Shown here piece after piece: positions 61,756-64,000 of a stretch of DNA of 64,000 bases. The notes beneath the pieces were generated by a model. The model saw only the letters and a list, made by a program, of their open reading frames with translations, made no database searches and was not told where the DNA came from. The stretch comes from Gekko japonicus (lineage: Eukaryota): positions 434,001 to 498,000 of the forward strand of contig NW_015171530.1 of assembly GCF_001447785.1 (NCBI RefSeq). The letters run 5' to 3'. The position numbers were made by a program, and so were the translations under genes. The stretch's first letter is position 1. Every line of letters starts with the position of its first letter.

Positions 61756-62822
61756 GGGGGGGGTGGTGGCCAGGACTCCCGAGCTTGGCACGGGGGCTAG
61801 AGCAGGTCAGAGACAGCAGGAGCCAGGAGACCTTGGTTCTCAGGTGGATGAGCTGGGCTCATAGGTTATGGCAAAAAAAGAAACAAGAAGAAGAAGAGAT
61901 GGGAAAAGTAAGGTCCTCTGGGAGAAGAGTGGAGCCTGATGGGTGGAATCCAATAACCTGGAGTTCTTGCGCTCCTGGGTTCTTAGAAGCAACAGGAGAT
62001 GACTGGGGAAAGCTGACAAGTCATCCTGTCCAGGTGAAGCTGGCTAAGCAAGCTCATGTGAATTTGAGGGACAGGACCAGGAAGAAATATGGGGTGTGGA
62101 AGGGAGGACAGACACTTGCCCCACCCCCTTGCTTGGCAGGACCTTCCCAATCTTCGCCTTGCACCTGTTCATTCACCTGAATGACTACACACACACACTC
62201 ACACACATACAGAGCAAGTCATGCTCCCTCCCCTTCTGCTGCTTATCTGCACACTTTACAGTGTTGACTCTCTCAGAGGGTAAAGAGCACTTTTCTTGGC
62301 TCCAGCAACCCAGCTCTTGGCTGTTCTTGCCCTAAATCACCAGATTTCATTCCTTCTCCAGGGATACCTAACAGCCTGGTCTCTGCCTCAGGCATATTTC
62401 CAGTGTCTTGGCTCACCTTCTTTTACAAGACAGCATTTCTCATTCCTAACATGTAAACAAGAGGTGGGATGAATCTCTTTCCCAGTTTGTAAACAATGTT
62501 AGCTGATTGGGGTTAGTGGTTAAGATAAGATCATTTTCATTGGCAACCATCTGATTGGGAAAGGGTGACAGCTCACGATGATACGTAGAATTGGGATTTC
62601 TACAGCTTGTGGAAGAGAGTATCGGAAGAGATTTGCTGGGTCACACCACAGAACTATGCAGTCCAACATCCTGTTTTGCACAATGCAGTAATTGTGTATT
62701 CCTGCACTGAAGAGGGGTTGGAGTAGATGACCTCTTTGGTACCTTCCAACTCTGATTATATGAAGGCAACATTCGTCCCGAGCGATCTCTCCCAGTTTGC
62801 TTGTTACATTGTCTTTGAGATA

Positions 62823-63097
62823 AGAGAGAAGAGAAGAGATTGGATTTATACCCCGCCCTTCACTACCCAAAGGAGTCTCAGAGCGGCTTACAAACTCCTT
62901 TCCCTTCCCCTCCCCACAACAGACACCCTGAGAGGTAGGTGGGGCTGAGAGAGCTCTGACAGAAACTGCTCTTTTTCAAGAACAGCTGTGCCAGAACTAT
63001 GGCTCGCCAAAGGTCATCCAGCAGGTGCAAGTGGAGGAGTGGGGAATCAAACCCGGTTCTCCCAGATTAGAGTCTGTGCACTTAACCACTACACCAA
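62823..63097 (-). mobile_element. tRNA-derived gecko-type SINE
   Basis: Same family as 1774-2047. Confidence 0.88.
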
Positions 63098-64000
63098 AAC
63101 AATTGGGCAAGTTTCTGCATCTAGATCTGTGAACTGGAGGTTTGTGGGGTTTGTATGTGTGTGTGTGTGTGAGAGAGAGAGGGTGTGTGATTTTCTAAAA
63201 AATCTTTCCATTGAAGCCAAGCTAGCCTCTGGTTTCTCAATCTTCTCTTCCCCTCTCTCAAATGACAGTCCAGCTTCACACAAGCGTCCTTTGACTCAGT
63301 TGTCGCTGCATACCTGGCGTTACCTGGTGTCATCACTTAGAAGCAACCACACCTTCTTCAGTACATGTTCCAGATTCTGCCTAGTTAAGAAAAAGCTATT
63401 CCTTTTCCAGGGCTGCCCTTGGCGACAGCCACCCTGAGCGGATCTTCAGAAGCTCCTTCCGATCCCTCCATCCACTGACACGCCCCCGCTGCACTCGCTG
63501 CCCGGCTGCTGCATAAACGTGGGCCTCTCCTTGCTACCAGTACCCGCTTCCTCACATTCTTTCTGTCTCTCTTGTCTTTCTTTGAAGATGCTTCTCCGCA
63601 GCCTGACTTGGCCGTATTGCAGAGCCTGGGGGAGGGAGGATGAAAGGATAGCTGGCAAGGAAACCCAGAGGATGCAGTCTTCAGCTGCGGTTGCCTAGCA
63701 ACTGTGTGGCACATGTTTGTCCTTGGCTCCCCAACTTGGGGGAAATGGTTGGCCAGGCCCAGAGTAGCAGCAGTGCTCCTGGAGAAGGCAGAAGCCATAG
63801 GGGCATCCAGAAATGGTCCATCCGACAATAGGCTGGCCTTGCTCCCATTAGACTTTGCATAAGTACTGGATGGGATTGGTGCCTGAGTGTATGTGTGTGA
63901 TAGGTGATTTCCCCCCCCCCCTTCCTACTTTGTTCAATGGCCATAATAGATATAGCAAATGAAGTGTGAAGGAGAACACTTGATCCTCTGATGTTTGCAT

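Noticed and set aside
63385-63828. MAPK3 coding exon or a novel 147-aa protein
   Set aside because: No kinase or ERK C-terminal sequence in any frame I read.

Overview
Vertebrate nuclear DNA, most likely from a gecko (squamate), judged from its Sauria SINEs, tRNA- and 5S-derived SINEs, Penelope and CR1 content. The window is the block orthologous to human 16p11.2: last exon of ALDOA (+), complete PPP4C (+, 8 coding exons, 307 aa), TBX6 (-, 8 coding exons, about 451 aa, with a 24-N gap in exon 2 that looks like a -2 bp overlap), YPEL3 (-, 4 coding exons, 119 aa) and GDPD3 (-, 10 coding exons, 318 aa). All exons were traced by hand with GT-AG boundaries and consistent phases. Introns and intergenic DNA are densely filled with nested SINEs, CR1/L2/Penelope fragments, hAT MITEs (8-bp TSDs) and Harbinger-like MITEs (3-bp TSDs). 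I found no clearly new gene system. The best second-look items are: minimal dimer-type hammerhead ribozyme cores in the Penelope termini, including a head-to-head hairpin element between PPP4C and TBX6; an AUG-less in-frame N-terminal extension of YPEL3; a compact TATA/TCF/T-box TBX6 promoter; and MITEs carrying tandem POU+KLF motifs. Comparisons with human proteins are from memory, not from a database search, and repeat boundaries are approximate unless a TSD is quoted.
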